In this document: positions 1 through 14,203 of the stretch, in pieces
How the letters are laid out: each line of letters opens with the position of its first letter
How positions within the stretch are numbered: the first letter of the stretch is position 1
NCBI RefSeq assembly: GCF_009914755.1
Contig: NC_060935.1
Origin: the human T2T-CHM13v2.0 reference genome, Homo sapiens
Strand: one strand, 5' to 3'
Length of the DNA stretch: 64,000 nt
Notes under the pieces: model-generated
The model's input: only the letters and a program-made list of their open reading frames with translations
Databases searched by the model: none
What the model was told of the DNA's origin: nothing
Program-made: the position numbers and the translations under genes

Positions 1-186
1 ATGTGATGAGGTGAGGTCAAAGGGGTGATGGGGGCCCGCCAGCCAGGGGATGCATCTGGCACAGGAGTGGCTTAGCCAGGCTGCAGGGAGGCCCAGGGAG
101 GGAGCTTCCCTGCCCTGGCTTACTGGGGAGACAAGCCCGGCGCCCAGGAAGGGATGCGAATGTACATGGACTACCCGTGCAAATGC

Positions 187-606
187 TTATGGTGAAATGT
201 TCTGTGTCAACTTGGCTGGGCCACAGTATCCAGATATTTGCAAACGCTAGTCTAGATGTTTCCGTGAAGGTGTTTTTCAGAGGTGATTCTCATTCCCATT
301 TAAATCCGTAGACTTTGAGTAAAGCCGATGATGTGCCAGTGTATGGTGGGCCTCAGCCAATCAGCTGAAGGCCTTAACAGAAAGAAGACTGAGATCCCTG
401 AGGAGGAAGGAATTCTGCCAGCGACAGACTCGGGACTCACAATGAGGCATCAACTCTTCCCTGGGTCTCCAACCTGCCCTGAGGTTTTAGACTTGCTGCC
501 TCCATAATTACACAGGCCAACTTTAAACAATAAATCCCTCTCTCTCCGCATATATACCTATCACACCCCATTGGTTCTGTCTCTTTGGAGGACCATGACC
601 AGTACA
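187..606 (+). mobile_element. MLT2-like (ERVL) solo LTR
   Basis: Starts ..TGTGTCAACTTGGCTGGGCCAC and ends CATTGGTTCTGTCTCTTTGGAGGACCATGACCAGTACA. Confidence 0.8.
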
Positions 607-964
607 GATGGGCTCAGGGAAGGCATCCCCAAGGGGAGGGTCCTGCCCTGCAGGGGTTTGAAAGCCGGGCAGCCATGCCGGACAGGCCCACGGTGCTGGC
701 CTAGCCAGGGGTGTGAAGGGGAGGGCCTCCGGCAGGGGGGCGGCTGAAGCATCTGGTCTGCAGGCTTTGGAGGGAGGGCAGGTGAGGGTTGAGCCCAAGC
801 AATGGTCGACTAGGAAAGGACAGAGGACAGAGAAGTGATTGGCCTGAGCGTAGGGTGGTCATTCACCTGCAGCGTGGCCAGGGGCTCCGGGTCCTCTGGG
901 TTCGAGGGGATGAACTAAGAGAGCGGCATTAAGAATGGGACAGAGGGCAGACGACAGATACTAA

Positions 965-2110
965 GGAGAGGGGATGGAGGGGGGATGGAGAGGAGATGGA
1001 GAGGGGGATAGAGAGGGGATGGAGAGGGGATGGAGAGGGGATGGAGAGGAGATGGAGAGGGGATGGAGAGGGGATGGAGAGGAGATGGAGAGGGGATGGA
1101 GAGGAGATGGAGAGGGGATGGAGAGGGGGATGGAGAGGGGATGGAGAGGGGATGGAGAGGGGATGGAGAGGGGATGGAGAGGAGATGGAGAGGGGATGGA
1201 GAGGGGATGGAGAGGAGATGGAGAGGGGGATAGAGAGGGGATGGAGAGGGGATGGAGAGGGGATGGAGAGGAGATGGAGAGGGGATGGAGAGGGGATGGA
1301 GAGGAGATGGAGAGGGGATGGAGAGGAGATGGAGAGGGGATGGAGAGGGGGATGGAGAGGGGATGGAGAGGAGATGGAGAGGGGATGGAGAGGGGGATGG
1401 AGAGGGGATGGAGGGGGGATGGAGAGGGGATGGAGAGGGGATGGAGAGGGGATGGAGAGGGGATGGAGAGGGGGATGGAGAGGGGATGGAGAGGGGATGG
1501 AGAGGGGATGGAGAGGGGGATAGAGAGGGGATGGAGAGGGGATGGAGAGGAGATGGAGAGGGGATGGAGAGGGGATGGAGAGGGGATGGAGAGGAGATGG
1601 AGAGGGGATGGAGAGGGGGATGGAGAGGGGATGGAGAGGGGATGGAGAGGGGATGGAGAGGGGATGGAGAGGAGATGGAGAGGGGATGGAGAGGGGATGG
1701 AGAGGGGGATGGAGAGGAGATGGAGAGGGGATGGAGAGGGGATGGAGAGGGGATGGAGAGGGGATGGAGAGGAGATGGAGAGGGGATGGAGAGGGGATGG
1801 AGAGGGGGATGGAGAGGAGATGGAGAGGGGATGGAGAGGGGGATGGAGAGGAGATGGAGAGGGGATGGAGAGGGGATGGAGAGGGGGATGGAGAGGAGAT
1901 GGAGAGGGGATGGAGAGGGGATGGAGAGGGGGATGGAGAGGAGATGGAGAGGGGATGGAGAGGGGATGGAGAGGGGGATGCAGAGGTGGATGGATGGAGA
2001 GGGAATGGAGAGGTGGATGGAGAGGGAATGGAGAGGTGGATGGAGAGGGAATGGAGAGGTGGATGGAGAGGGAATGGAGAGGTGGATGGAGAGGTGGATG
2101 GAGAGGGGGA
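965..2110. repeat. Purine-rich 11/12-bp minisatellite (GGAGAGGGGAT / GGAGAGGAGAT / GGAGAGGGGGAT), about 100 units
   Basis: Direct tandem units. After about 1980 it becomes a GGAGAGGGAAT-GGAGAGGTGGAT dimer. Confidence 0.97.
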
Positions 2111-2184
2111 CGGCAGCGTTTACTTCTTCCCCTCTGGTTCTCCTAGAAATAAGGATGGCAGACAGGTTCCAGCGCGAGTCCCAT

Positions 2185-2647
2185 AGGAGCAGAGCTGCCC
2201 ACACAGTGGGTGGCTAAAACGACACATAGTCATTCTCTCACGATTCTGGAGGCCGGAAGTCCAGACTCAGTGTCGCTGGGCTGAAATCGAGGTGTCAGCA
2301 GGGCTGGTTCCTTCTGGAGGCTCCAGGGGTGAACCTGTTCCTTGGCCTTGCCCGTTTCTAGAGGTTGCCTTGGCTGGGCCTTGGCTGGGCCCTACCCACA
2401 TCTTCAAAGCCAGCACTCTAACCTGCTTCCATCTTCTCATCGCCTTCTCTGCCTCCTCCCCTGCCTTTCCCTCCAAAGGACCCCTGTGATGACCTGAGGC
2501 CCACCCCAATAATCTAGGATAGCCTCCCATCTCAAGATCTGTTGAGTCACATCGTCAAGGTCCCCTTGACCTGCTAAGGCCACATCTTACCGAAGTCAGG
2601 GATGAGGATGTCAATGTCTCTGAAGGAGGTGTTATTTTACCCACAAC
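2185..2647 (-). mobile_element. MLT1 (MaLR) LTR
   Basis: TTCTCTCACGATTCTGGAGGCCGGAAGTCC and CAGGGCTGGTTCCTTCTGGAGGCTC motifs. Confidence 0.8.
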
Positions 2648-2954
2648 GCTGCCATTTGTTGAAATGGAGGATGTTGGGTGAGGAAAAGGGGTTCAACTTG
2701 GGGCCGAGAGAGTGTGCAGTGCCCATGGACTGAACTTGCAAGTGGAGGTGTCCCCTGGGTCTGCAGGATGAGGCCAGAAGCAAGGCTGGTGGAGTTCAGA
2801 CAGAGCTCTGGAAGGGACCAGCTGGTGGTGGCATCTGTGTGAAAACAAGGGCAAGCCAGAGGAGTAAGGGCAAGGGGAGGGGCCTGAATCCTGAAGCCCC
2901 CTGCTCCAGAACTGGAGTGTTGAAGCTTGCGGTGGAGAGGGATACACTGAGAAA

Positions 2955-3410
2955 GGCTGAGCTGAGGAGCTGGGGCTGGGCTGGGTGGGATGAGTGATCA
3001 GGGCTGAGCTGGTAGGATGGGACCATCAGGGCTGAGTTAGGTAGGATGGGACCACAGGGGGCTGAGCTGTTGGGAGGGGGCCATCAGGGGCTGAGCTGTT
3101 GGGAGGGGGCCATCGGGGGCTGAGCTGGTGGGATGACACCACAGGGGGCTGTGCTGGTGGGATGGGACCATGGAAGGCTGAGCTGGTGGGATGGGACCAC
3201 GGGAGGCTGAGCTGGTGGGATGGGGCCATCAGGGGCTGAGCTGGTGGGATGGGATCATTGAGGGCTGAGCTGGGTGGCATTGGATCATGGGATCTGAGCT
3301 GGTGGGATGGGGCCATTGGGGCTGAGTTGGGTGAGATGGGGCCATCAGGGACTGAGCTGGGTGGGATTGGATCATGGGGGCTGAGTTGGGGGGATGGAGC
3401 CATCAGGGTG
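2955..3410. repeat. About 29-bp minisatellite ATCAGGGGCTGAGCTGGTGGGATGGGGCC, about 14 copies
   Basis: The GGGCTGAGCTG core recurs at about 28-30 nt spacing. Confidence 0.9.
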
Positions 3411-4602
3411 ATGTGGTGGGGATGGGGCCTCTGGTGTTGGGTTGGGTGGAATGGGCTGCTTGGTTTAGCTAGGGCGGTCCTGGTGGTTGATGGTTCTGCC
3501 CCAGTTCAGACAGGCTGGGTTGGCCTGAGATGCTTGTTTCTGATGTTGGGCTTGTGAGTGTCAGGAAGAGTTGGGCAATGCCTGTGGCTTTCCCCTAGGG
3601 GCTCTTGGGACATCTGAATGTCCCACAGAACAGAGGCATGACTTGTGCCTCAGTAGCTGGAGGGTGTTGGAGCAAGGGGCCCTCCCCTGGCCCCAGGGGC
3701 CTCAGGCACTGTCCAAACATCTGCACTCACCTCCACCCCCAGACGTGGCCAGTGACCACCCTCTAGCCTCACACTGGGCCAGCCATTCTAAAGGGGCCCT
3801 GACTTCCCCACCCAGAAGGGGCCCAGGCCATCTGGCCTCCAAGCCTCCTCAGTCCACCCCAAGAAGTCCTTGCAGCAGAGCCACAGGGAGCGGGAAGGGC
3901 CACCACATCCTTGCCCCATGTCTTGGTGCAGCCACCAGGGTAGGGCCACACTGACCCCGTCGTGACCTCATTGTGGGGGTGCGAAGGGAGGGGAGAACCG
4001 GAAGTCCATGGAGCCTGGGCATGTGCTCTCCCTTCTCTTCTGGGAGAACCTGTTCTGCTGTGGGCTGATCTGGTCCCACTCGAGGAAAAGGCCTTATCAC
4101 CCTCCTGCAGCCCTCGCCTACCTCCCACCCACAGCCAAAAGGCCTGTTCCCCAGGGTGGGACGGTGGTGGCAGTCAACACTCACCCTTTCTCGGGATGCC
4201 AGCTCCTCTGTGGTACCCTGCCTCTCCCAGGCAGCTGGACAAACGGGTCTGGGGCTGTGACACCCCCTCTCTTTGGAGCAGTGACTCATAAGGGCAGGGA
4301 GTGGTGGGTGGGGACAGGTGGCCCCTCTGTCCTGTGAACAATGCCCTGATTCTTCCAGCCTGCATGGGGGTGCTGAGCTGGGGGCAGGGCCCTGCCCAGA
4401 GGCAGATGCTGAGGCCTCCACTTCCAGTCCTGGAGGGACCCCAAGCCTCACAGTGAGTGCTGCGGATGCAGAGCCCTCGTCCCTCGAGTTACCCGGCATT
4501 ATACCACACACCTCTCTGCATCATGCTAGCAGGAAGCACTGCTCTGTGACAGACAGAGGACCCCAGGTGTGTGGCTTCACGTGGGTTACTCACCTGTCTG
4601 AG

Positions 4603-4825
4603 CCTTAGTCTCCAATCTGTAAAATGGGATGGTAGTGTCCATCCTCATGGGCAGGGCGGGAGCATGGTGGCTGGTGTTCCCCATGTTACCTGCCCCTCTC
4701 CATCCCCTTCTCCATCCCCTCTTCATCCCTTAGTCTCCAATCTGTAAAATGGGATGGTGACTTCCATCCTCATAGGCAGGGTGGGGGCACAGTGGCAGGT
4801 GTTCCCGGTGTAACCTGCCTCTCTC
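4603..4825. repeat. Diverged tandem duplication (period about 125 bp) starting in a MIR-like fragment
   Basis: CCTTAGTCTCCAATCTGTAAAATGGGATGGT...ACCTGCC occurs at 4603 and 4728. Confidence 0.85.
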
Positions 4826-7800
4826 TGTTGGCTCTGGACCGCTTGGCAGCCACACAAGGAAGCCCAGGACTCTTTGCCCCTTGGGCCATGGAGGACACAC
4901 AGGTCGTGGGAGAAGCCTGGCAACCAGGCTAGGGAGCTCATTCAAGGCAGGGAAGATGACTTCCAAGAGGAGGCCAGCCAGAGGGTGGGGAGCCTGCTGG
5001 GGAAGGCAGGGCCCCAGGGGAAGAGTGCCCGGGCAGGGGCCCCCAACACAAGCAGGGGCAGGGAGGCCAGCACGCCATCCTGCTGGCTTGGCCAGACCGA
5101 GGGTGTACAGGTGGAGGTGAGCTGCAGCCCTGGAGGCTGGACAGGAAGGTCGAGGGAGGCTGGAAGAGCCTTGAATGCCACGGTGAGGGCATCTGAGTCT
5201 GTTCACAGGCCATCAGGTGGGTGGTGCTGGGAGTGTTGGCAAGCAGGCTGCTCTCTCTGGGTCCCACGTGGGACATGCTATAGCCCCTCACTCGCTCACC
5301 CCACTGAGTTTGCAGGGACTGCGCCCCTCTCTGGGCGACACCTAACACGGGAGAGTGCAAGCTGGGCAGACGGAAAGGGGGTTCTCGGGGTCCGTGGCTC
5401 CCCCTGCTCCTTGTGCGCCTAGGCTGGGTCCTCTTGGGAGGACCACTGCCAGGCAGGAGGCAGCCCTGCTCGTGGCTCTGTACCGTGCTCCCAAAGTCTC
5501 CACCGAGAGCACCCAGCAGGGTCCTGTCTGCAGAGTGCAGGCCCTCACCTGCCCGGGCCTTCGCTGCTGTTTGCCAAGGGTTTGTGCTGCACGTTCTGTG
5601 GCCAGATGTGATGTGGATGCTGTGATGAACAGGACAGACAGAAATCCCTGCCCTCCAGGAGCGAATAGTAGGGGGTGGGAGACATGGGGGACGTAGTACC
5701 AAACACAGGGGTGGTGACTGGAAGAGCAGCAAAGGGGAAGGGCGGGACCACTTCTGGGGATGCCTGGGGTCCGGGTAAGGATGCGGAGGCAGGGAGGAAG
5801 CCAGCCTCCTGCCCGGCGGGCACAAATGCCCCAGGCCAGGGGTACAGGCGGGCAGGTGCCGGAGCGCACAGAGGAGGGAGCTGCACCCTGCAGGCTGCGC
5901 CTTGAGTGTCCCATGGGGAGTCTGCAGGGCTGAGAACAGGAGGGTGAGGACAACCTCAGCAGGTTGTCGGGGCCACTGGCACTCGTTGAGAGAAGGGTGT
6001 GATGGGGCGCGGGAGACGCAGAGAAAGAATATGGGGTGGCTGGGTGGGGTGTGGTGGCTGACAAGGCAGGGTGAGGTGGCAGATTTTGCTGGTGGGCTGG
6101 ATGGGCGGAGGTGGTGGTGATCGGGGGAGGGTGAGGAAGAGCCTGTCTGAAGGGGATGGTCAGAACTGCCAGGGGCGACTTGCTGCTAGGACCCCAGCGC
6201 ATGGCCGACGGGCAGCCGGACGCAGGTCTGAGGATGGAAGGAGCGCCCTGGCCGAGATGCGCGTGGGACCCCTTAGCCCAAGAGGATTTCCAGCCTGGAG
6301 GATTTCCGGGGTCAGCAGGAAATCACAAGGGGTCAGGGTGGACACAGAGGTGGCAAGGAAAAGCTGGGGAGGGGACAAAGCTGGAGACAGAGCAGCCATC
6401 GGGGAAAGGAGGATGTGTGTGGAGTCCTGGGGCCAAGCACAGGAAGGGCTCCCAGAAGCGACCGGGGAGCTCGTCCGCACTCTGATGCCCCTGACACGGC
6501 CACATGCAGCCCTCAGGACCTTGCTGGGGCAGCTCCGAGTGGCTCAGGTTTGAAGGAGGTGGAGAGGAGGTGCCAGGAGCTGGTGTCTGAGGCTGACTGT
6601 CTCGGGGAGTGTGGCTGGGAAGGGGCAGGGGAGCGACGTGGTGGCCAGGATGCTCTTAAAGCTGCTGGAAGGATCTGGCAGCGGGAGGAGTAATCCCTGC
6701 AGGTGTGAGGGTGGCAGCTGTGATGCTGGGAAAGATGTTCCCTAATCCAGTGGGGTGCGGCAGTCAGCACCGGGAGGCAGAGGCGAGGCCGTGGAGACCA
6801 CTGAGGGCGTCTGCAGCATCCCTGGGCCCAGACCTCAGGCCCTTGGCCTGCAAGAGAAACCCCCCGGTAGTGGAAAGTTCACTCCCTCCCTGAATGTCAT
6901 GCACCAGCGACCGCTGAAGCCCAAGTCCAGGTGACCTCTGAGCATATGATGTGAGGGGCCCTTCCTGTGGTCTGCAGGCCAGCCAGTGACTTCCTTCCCC
7001 TTCTGGAGGTGGCTCCCGCAGCCATGTGCTAGGGTTGTCATGTGAGGCTGGCCTAGGCTTCCAGGCCCTGAGGCCACAGCACCATGCCACGTCCCCAGCT
7101 CTGCGGCCTCTCACCCTGGTCCAGGCAGCCCCTCTTGTCAGCCTCAGCCGTGCAGCCTGCACACACAGCCTGTGCCTCTCAGCTGGACGGCGGCTCTTCC
7201 ATGCCCTTTGGCAGAGGCTCCACCCATCTGTGCAACTGCCTGGCCTCTGTTGCAGGTTCTGCCCACACAGGCAGTGCCCTCCTGCCTCTTGGGCCTGGCT
7301 GAGCCCGTCCTTCCACTGCTGAGACCATGACAAGGGGTGTCCACCCTCAGCCAGGACGGACCTCCCATCCCAGGGTGCAGACAACATATGGGAGCCACGT
7401 CACAGCTGTTTCACCGCTGGGAGCTGTTACCTCCCAGGGGGCTGTCAGCTGCCCAGGTCCCGAGGGTGTGAGACTGTGGCTGAGGACTCAGGGGGCTGGG
7501 GCATAGGAGCTGGGAGGGTGACATCACAGGGCCCAGAGGGTCCATGTGGAGACCAAGGCGAGGTTCCAGTGCGGTCCCAGCAGCAAGGAGGGAGATGCTG
7601 GGAAGGCGGTGGCCCCTAAGGGTCACCAGCAGATGGTGGCCACCAGCCCCTCACCGGTGCAGTCGGCTTCATGCCCCCAAGTCCTTTCTTACTCGCTGCC
7701 TCGTCTCATCCCCCCAGGCCCCAGGGAGCAGGCAGGGCCTTGATCCCTTGCCCCAGATGAGAAAATCCTGATGCTCACAGAGGAAGTTGCAAAAGGACAG

Positions 7801-8351
7801 TGCAACACCTCCCAATCTTGCTTTTTTGCTGCCTGTGCAGTTTTGCAAAAGTCACATCCCTGTTGGGGTGACGGGCGGTGTCCCTGCTGTCCCCCTACAG
7901 TCGTTGTGGGTCCTCCTCCCCTGTGCCCTGGACACAGCCCTAGTGGACAGAGGGCTCTGGTCCCCGCCCCACACTCCCCCATGGGCAGGATGCCGTTCTA
8001 GCTAGCAGCCCCCTCCCCACAGTGGCTCATACTTGGGCCAGGGATGCCCCTCCTCTGTATCCTCATCTGGGAAAACCCCAGTGCCCCAGGGGTGCCAGCC
8101 ACACACCACTGCCTGCCCTGAAAGAGAAGGCGCTTGCCGCAATGCCCAGCAAAGCAGGATTATCTCCCGACCTCTGTGGGTCCGGCCTGCGGCGAGTGGA
8201 GCCAGGCCCCTCATCTCACCAGGGAGCAGGGCAGGAGTCCCCCTTCACCCCATCCTCCTGTCTCTGGACCCCTCAATAGTACCCAGCCTCTGCCCACGGC
8301 CCCTCCACGTCTTTCCCTGCCCCTTCCTGCTACCCAATCCTTTGTTCTTTT

Positions 8352-8808
8352 GCTGGGCTGAAAAGGGTCCCCGAAGATGTCTACATTCTAATCACCGGGA
8401 CCTACGTGACAAAGGGGCCTCCAGATGTGGTTAAGTCGAGGCACATGGGATGGGAGATTGTTCTGGAATATCCGGACAGGCTCAGGGCAATCACAAGCAT
8501 CAGGATAGGAGCTGGGGAGGGTCAGAGCCACAGGAGACTAGAAGATGCCACTGCTGGACTTGAAGTCGGAGGAGGGGACCGTGAGTCAGGGAATGCTGGC
8601 GGCCTCTGGGAATGGGAGACACAGGGAGAGATGGATTTGCTTTTAGAGGCTCCGGAAGGGAACCGCCCTGCAGGCATCTTAATGTTAGCTCCTTGAAAAC
8701 CACGTGGGACTTGTGACCTCCCAAACTGCAAGATGATAGATTTACGTTGCTTTAAGCCACTGTGTTTGTGTAATCTGCCACAGCAGTTAATTAGTCAGAG
8801 ACTAATAC
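8352..8808 (+). mobile_element. MLT1 (MaLR) LTR
   Basis: Ends TTTAAGCCACTGTGTTTGTGTAAT...ACTAATACA. Confidence 0.8.
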
Positions 8809-9944
8809 AGACCTTGTGCCGGGTGACCAGCTGACCTTTGTAAAACCGAAAGTCCTGCCGTCTGGGCACCTCTCAACCGCAGGGACTGCAGTCACTCCAC
8901 GTATTCCACTCTTTGTTCCTCTCCTGCCTTAAGCCCCGACTCATGGACCTCCCCAAGTATCCACCCCATCGCCTGGCAGAATGTCGTGTGGAGAGTGCTG
9001 AGGATGGGGCATCCGCTCCACCTTTGACAGAGACAGAAACTTGATCCCATTTCACAGCAAGAAGACAGAGGCAGGGCAGGTCCAGCAGCCATGAAGTCAC
9101 GGAGTCAGGATTTTCACCCTGTGCCTGGCACCCAAGCTGGAGCTCCCACCCATCCCAAGTGACGTGGTGGGCAGGAGTCTCCCCTCCCAGCCCAGGGCCC
9201 CCAGCCTGCTCTGGCCCTAGGCCCCCACAGCCCCCATCCCTGGCTGGGCCCTGGTGGTCACTCTTCCTCAGCTCTCCCAGGCCCCTCTGGCTCCTGTTTT
9301 TATCCTCCCTAGCTTGGTCACTAAGCAGAGCCCCCAGGTCCAGACTCAGGAGTCCTTGGCCCGGGGCCCAGCCGCACCTGCCCTCCAGGCAGAGGAGGGA
9401 ACCAAGATGCCCAGCAGGCATCTCCACAGAGGTTCCACCCACTCCCTCACTGGGGGAGGAGATGAGAGTGGCCGTCTCTCCCTTCCCAGCCGCTGGTGAG
9501 AGCAGAGCTGGGGCTGATGACTCTGGTGGCTCCCCCACAGCACCCCACACTCAGGCTGCCTGGCACATCCCAGTCTGAGGTGGGCAGCACCGCCAGAGGC
9601 AGCCTCAGCGGCCTCGTCCCTGGGCCCAGAGACACAAGCAGCATCCACAAGGGCCTGAGGGTGGCCCTGCGTCCTGTGCTGCAGGCTCTTGCTGGCCCCA
9701 CCCACGCTCCACCCCAAATGAACCCCAATTCTCCCAGCTGACCCTGGCTGTCTGCCGTGCTCAGGACGCTGTCCCTCCTCCCCACCCACATCCGTTCCTG
9801 CCACCTTTGCCGCATCACCATCGGCCGCCCAGGATCAGCAGGGTCCTCCTGGTCCCCAGCTCCGATGGGCCCACCGCAGAGTTATACATGGACTTAGCGA
9901 TGGACTCAGCTAGCTCTCGGAGGTTCGTTCGGAAAAGCAGCGGG

Positions 9945-10300
9945 TGAATTTGCTTAGAGCTGCCCGAACAGAGACCACAGACTGCGCAGGTTAAACAACA
10001 GACATCGATTTTTTCACATTCTGGAGGCTGGAGTCTGAGATCAAGGTGTGGGCAGGGCTGGCTTCTCCTGGGGCCTCCTTCTCCCTGTGTCCCCACAGGG
10101 CCACACCTCTGTGTGCATCTGTGTCCTAATTTCCACTTTTTACAAGGACACCAGGCCTATGGGATTAGGGCCCACCCTGAAGACCTCGTTTTAACTTGTT
10201 CACCTCTGTAAAGACCCATCTCCAAATACAGCTGCATTCTGAGGTCCTGGGGATCAGGGCTTCAACACATGAATTTTGGGGGACGTGACTGAATCCCTAA
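9945..10300 (-). mobile_element. MLT1 (MaLR) LTR
   Basis: TTCTGGAGGCTGGAGTCTGAGATCAAGGTG and TAAAGACCCATCTCCAAATACA motifs. Confidence 0.8.
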
Positions 10301-11007
10301 CAGGGCCCCAGTACCCTCTGCCTGGCTTTCATGCCCACATCCCGAGGTAGCCAGGCCTTGCAGCAGATTCTCCCTGCACTCACCGGCACCCTGGCAGGCG
10401 GACTGGCACCCCCTCTGTGTTGTTTCCGTCTCAGACAGTGATTTAACTCCCTTCTCACCACAAACACCGCACCTTCCCAACCCCGCTTCTCCCAGACCCC
10501 TTCTCCTGGCAGGTGCCCACCTGGGCCCACCCATCCTCTCTCCTCTGCAGAGCTGGGGCCCTTACGGTTTGCTCACCATGGTGCAGTCGGCAGAGGTACT
10601 CGTTTAAAGGCTTGTCTGATCCCATTGCTCTGCCCCGGGACTCTCTGTGATTTCCAGCGCACTTGGCTACGGGAACAGAGTTCTGGGGCCCAAGGTCCCT
10701 TGTGGTCTTGGTCCCCTGCTGACCTTGGTGGCGCCCGCTCACCCCAGGAACTCTTCCCCACGTGGCCTCTGCCCAGCGAGCGCTGACCCTCTGCCCAGCT
10801 CGCTGTCTGCGGACGCCTCCTCCCAGTGCACTGACTGCTACTGTCCCACAGATCCGGCCCCAGATGCTGCTCCCAGAGGAGCCTCCCCAGTCCCTCAATG
10901 AGGCTGGGTCTCCCCGTAGCCCAAATCAACCTCTGGTGCACTTCTTTTGAACCATCTGACCCCATTTTTACTGTTGCCAGCTTAAGTGGTTAAAACTGTT
11001 TTTTACC

Positions 11008-11315
11008 TTTTTTTTTTTTTTTTTTTTGGAGACAAGGTCTCCCTCTATCGCCCAGAGTGGAGTGCAGTGCTGTGATCATAGTTCACTGCAGCCTTAACCT
11101 CCTGAGCTCAAGTGATCCTCCCATCTCAGCCTCCTGAGTAGCTGGGATCACAGACATGCACCACCACGCTTGGCTAATTTTTTAATTTAATTTTTTGTAC
11201 AGACGGGGTCTCACTATGTTGTCCATGTTGGTCTCAAACTCCTGGTCTCAAGCAGTCCTCCTTCCTCGGCCTCCCAGAGTGCTAAGATTATAGGTGTAAG
11301 TCACAGCACTCAGCC
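11008..11315 (-). mobile_element. Alu (J-like)
   Basis: Dimeric Alu with a T-tail. Confidence 0.93.
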
Positions 11316-11369
11316 TTTTTATCATTTTATTTGAAGTATAATGGGCTACTTAGACCCTGGCGGTTCCGT

Positions 11370-11675
11370 CTGACTATAACGGGGTTGAAAAGTTTCCGTC
11401 GCCTAGTGCCGTCGTAGGCCTCCTAAGGCTGTAGCACAATGAGCTGCCTTCTCTGTGTTTAGATACACAAATGCTTACCATTGTGTTGCCTGCAGGATTC
11501 AGCACAGTGCCCAGCCCTGCAGGCCTGCCCCCTAGGAGCAGTAGGCTGTACCGTGCAGCCTGCGTGTGTGGCAGGCCACACCATCTGGGTTTGTGTAAGT
11601 GCACTCTGCAATGTTCTCACAACCATGAAATTGCCTTAGGACACGTTCCCCCGTGGTTACCCGGCGAATGACTGG
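11370..11675. mobile_element. Tigger3-like DNA transposon fragment
   Basis: TTTAGATACACAAATGCTTACCATTGTGTT...CCATCTGGGTTTGTGTAAGTGCACTCT. Confidence 0.65.
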
Positions 11676-12069
11676 ATAACAGATGGACAATCAACTGCAT
11701 TTGCCTAAAGTGTGCCACTTGACCGATTTTGAGACCTGTGCACACTGTTGAACGCATCTCCGCGGTCGAGATCATGAGCTTCCCTCCACAGCCTCCGCTG
11801 TGACACGTTGACCATCCCTCCCTGTTCCCCCCTCTTCCCCACCCCCAACCCTGCCGGTTCCTAGAAAACTACTGTTCTGCTTTCTGTAGATGAGTTTCCA
11901 TTTCTAGAACGTTATATAGATGAAGTCAGACGGCACGTGCTTATTTTTTTTCTGGTTTGTTTCACTCGGCGTAATTATTTTAAGATGTAACCATGTCACT
12001 GCATATATCAGTGTGTTCAGCATGATTATTTTGAGATGTATTTGTGTCATGCATGTGTCTATGTGTTCA

Positions 12070-12570
12070 CTTTCTCTCGGCTGCTGTCACAAATTGCCAC
12101 ACAGTGAGTGGCTTAAAACAACACAAATCTATTAACCTTACAATTCTGGAGGCCGGAATTCTGAAGAAGTGGGTCTCCCTAGGCCAAAATCAAGGTGTCA
12201 ACAGGAATGACTGTGCTTTCTCTGGAGGCTCAGATGGAAAATCCATGTCCCTGATCCTCCAGCTCCCAAGGCTGCCTGCATTCCTTGGCTGGCGGCCCAC
12301 CTCCATCTTCAAAGCCAGCATTGGCCGGGCTGGTCCTTCCCACATCCCGGCACTCTGACCTCCTCTTCTGCCTCCTTCCATTTTTAAGCACCTTGTGATC
12401 ACATTGCTTATTCAGATCATCCAGGATAATCTCTCTATTTAAGGTCAGCTGCTTAGCAACCTTAATTCCCTCTGCAACCTTAATTCCCCTTCAGCATAAA
12501 CCTAATATATTCCCAGCTTCCAGGGATTAGGGCATGAGCATCTTTTGGGGGACCATTGTTCTGCCTATCG
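12070..12570 (-). mobile_element. MLT1 (MaLR) LTR
   Basis: GCTGCTGTCACAAATTGCCACA..GGCTTAAAACAACAC. Confidence 0.75.
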
Positions 12571-12726
12571 CAATCAATACCTCCTTCATTATGATTGCAG
12601 AATAGTGTTCCATCACAGGCACAATCTGTTTCTCCATCTAACTGTTCATGGCATTTTGGGAGGATTCCAGTTTTTGGCTATTACAAGTGAAGCTGCTAGG
12701 AACACTCACATACAAGTCTGTGTTGA

Positions 12727-13268
<542 letters not shown>

Positions 13269-13463
13269 TAAGGGTTGGAGTTCATTGTTATGACTATCCA
13301 GTTGTTCCAACATCATTTGTTGAAAAGCCTTTTCTTCATTTAATTGCCTTGGCAATTTGGTTGAATTCAGTTGTCCATACGCATGTGGATCTATTTCTGG
13401 GCACTCTATTCTGACCCATTTATCTATTTGTGTGTCTTTATACCAGCACTGTACAGCCTTAAC

Positions 13464-13768
13464 TATTATTATTATTATTATTTTTTGAGACAAAGTCTCC
13501 CTCTGTCACCCAGGCTGGAGTGCAGTGGCCCCATCTCGGCTCACTACAACCTCCGCCTCCCAGTTTTAAGTGATTCTCCTGCCTCAGCCTCCTGAGTAGC
13601 AGGGATTACAGGTGCACGCCACCACACCAGGCTAATTTTTGTATTTTTAGTAGAGACAGGGTTCCACTATGTTGGCCAGGCTTGTCTTGAGCTCCTGACC
13701 TCAGGTGATCCACCCGCCTCAGCCTCCCAAAGTGCTGGGATTACAGGCGTGAGCCACCATGCCTGGCC
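13464..13768 (-). mobile_element. Alu (S-like) with (TTA)n tail
   Basis: Full-length Alu. Confidence 0.95.
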
Positions 13769-13828
13769 TGATTTTAGTTATTTTAGATATTTTGTATTTT
13801 GATACACATTTTAAAATCAGCTTGTCCA

Positions 13829-14203
<375 letters not shown>

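Noticed and set aside
915-2217. Long ORFs of up to 429 aa on both strands
   Set aside because: Translations of the 11/12-bp minisatellite, which has few stop codons. Low complexity and no gene structure.
4730-6553. Overlapping 150-295-aa ORFs
   Set aside because: GC-rich DNA with few stops, no recognisable domain, and open in several frames on both strands. A lncRNA here cannot be supported from sequence alone.
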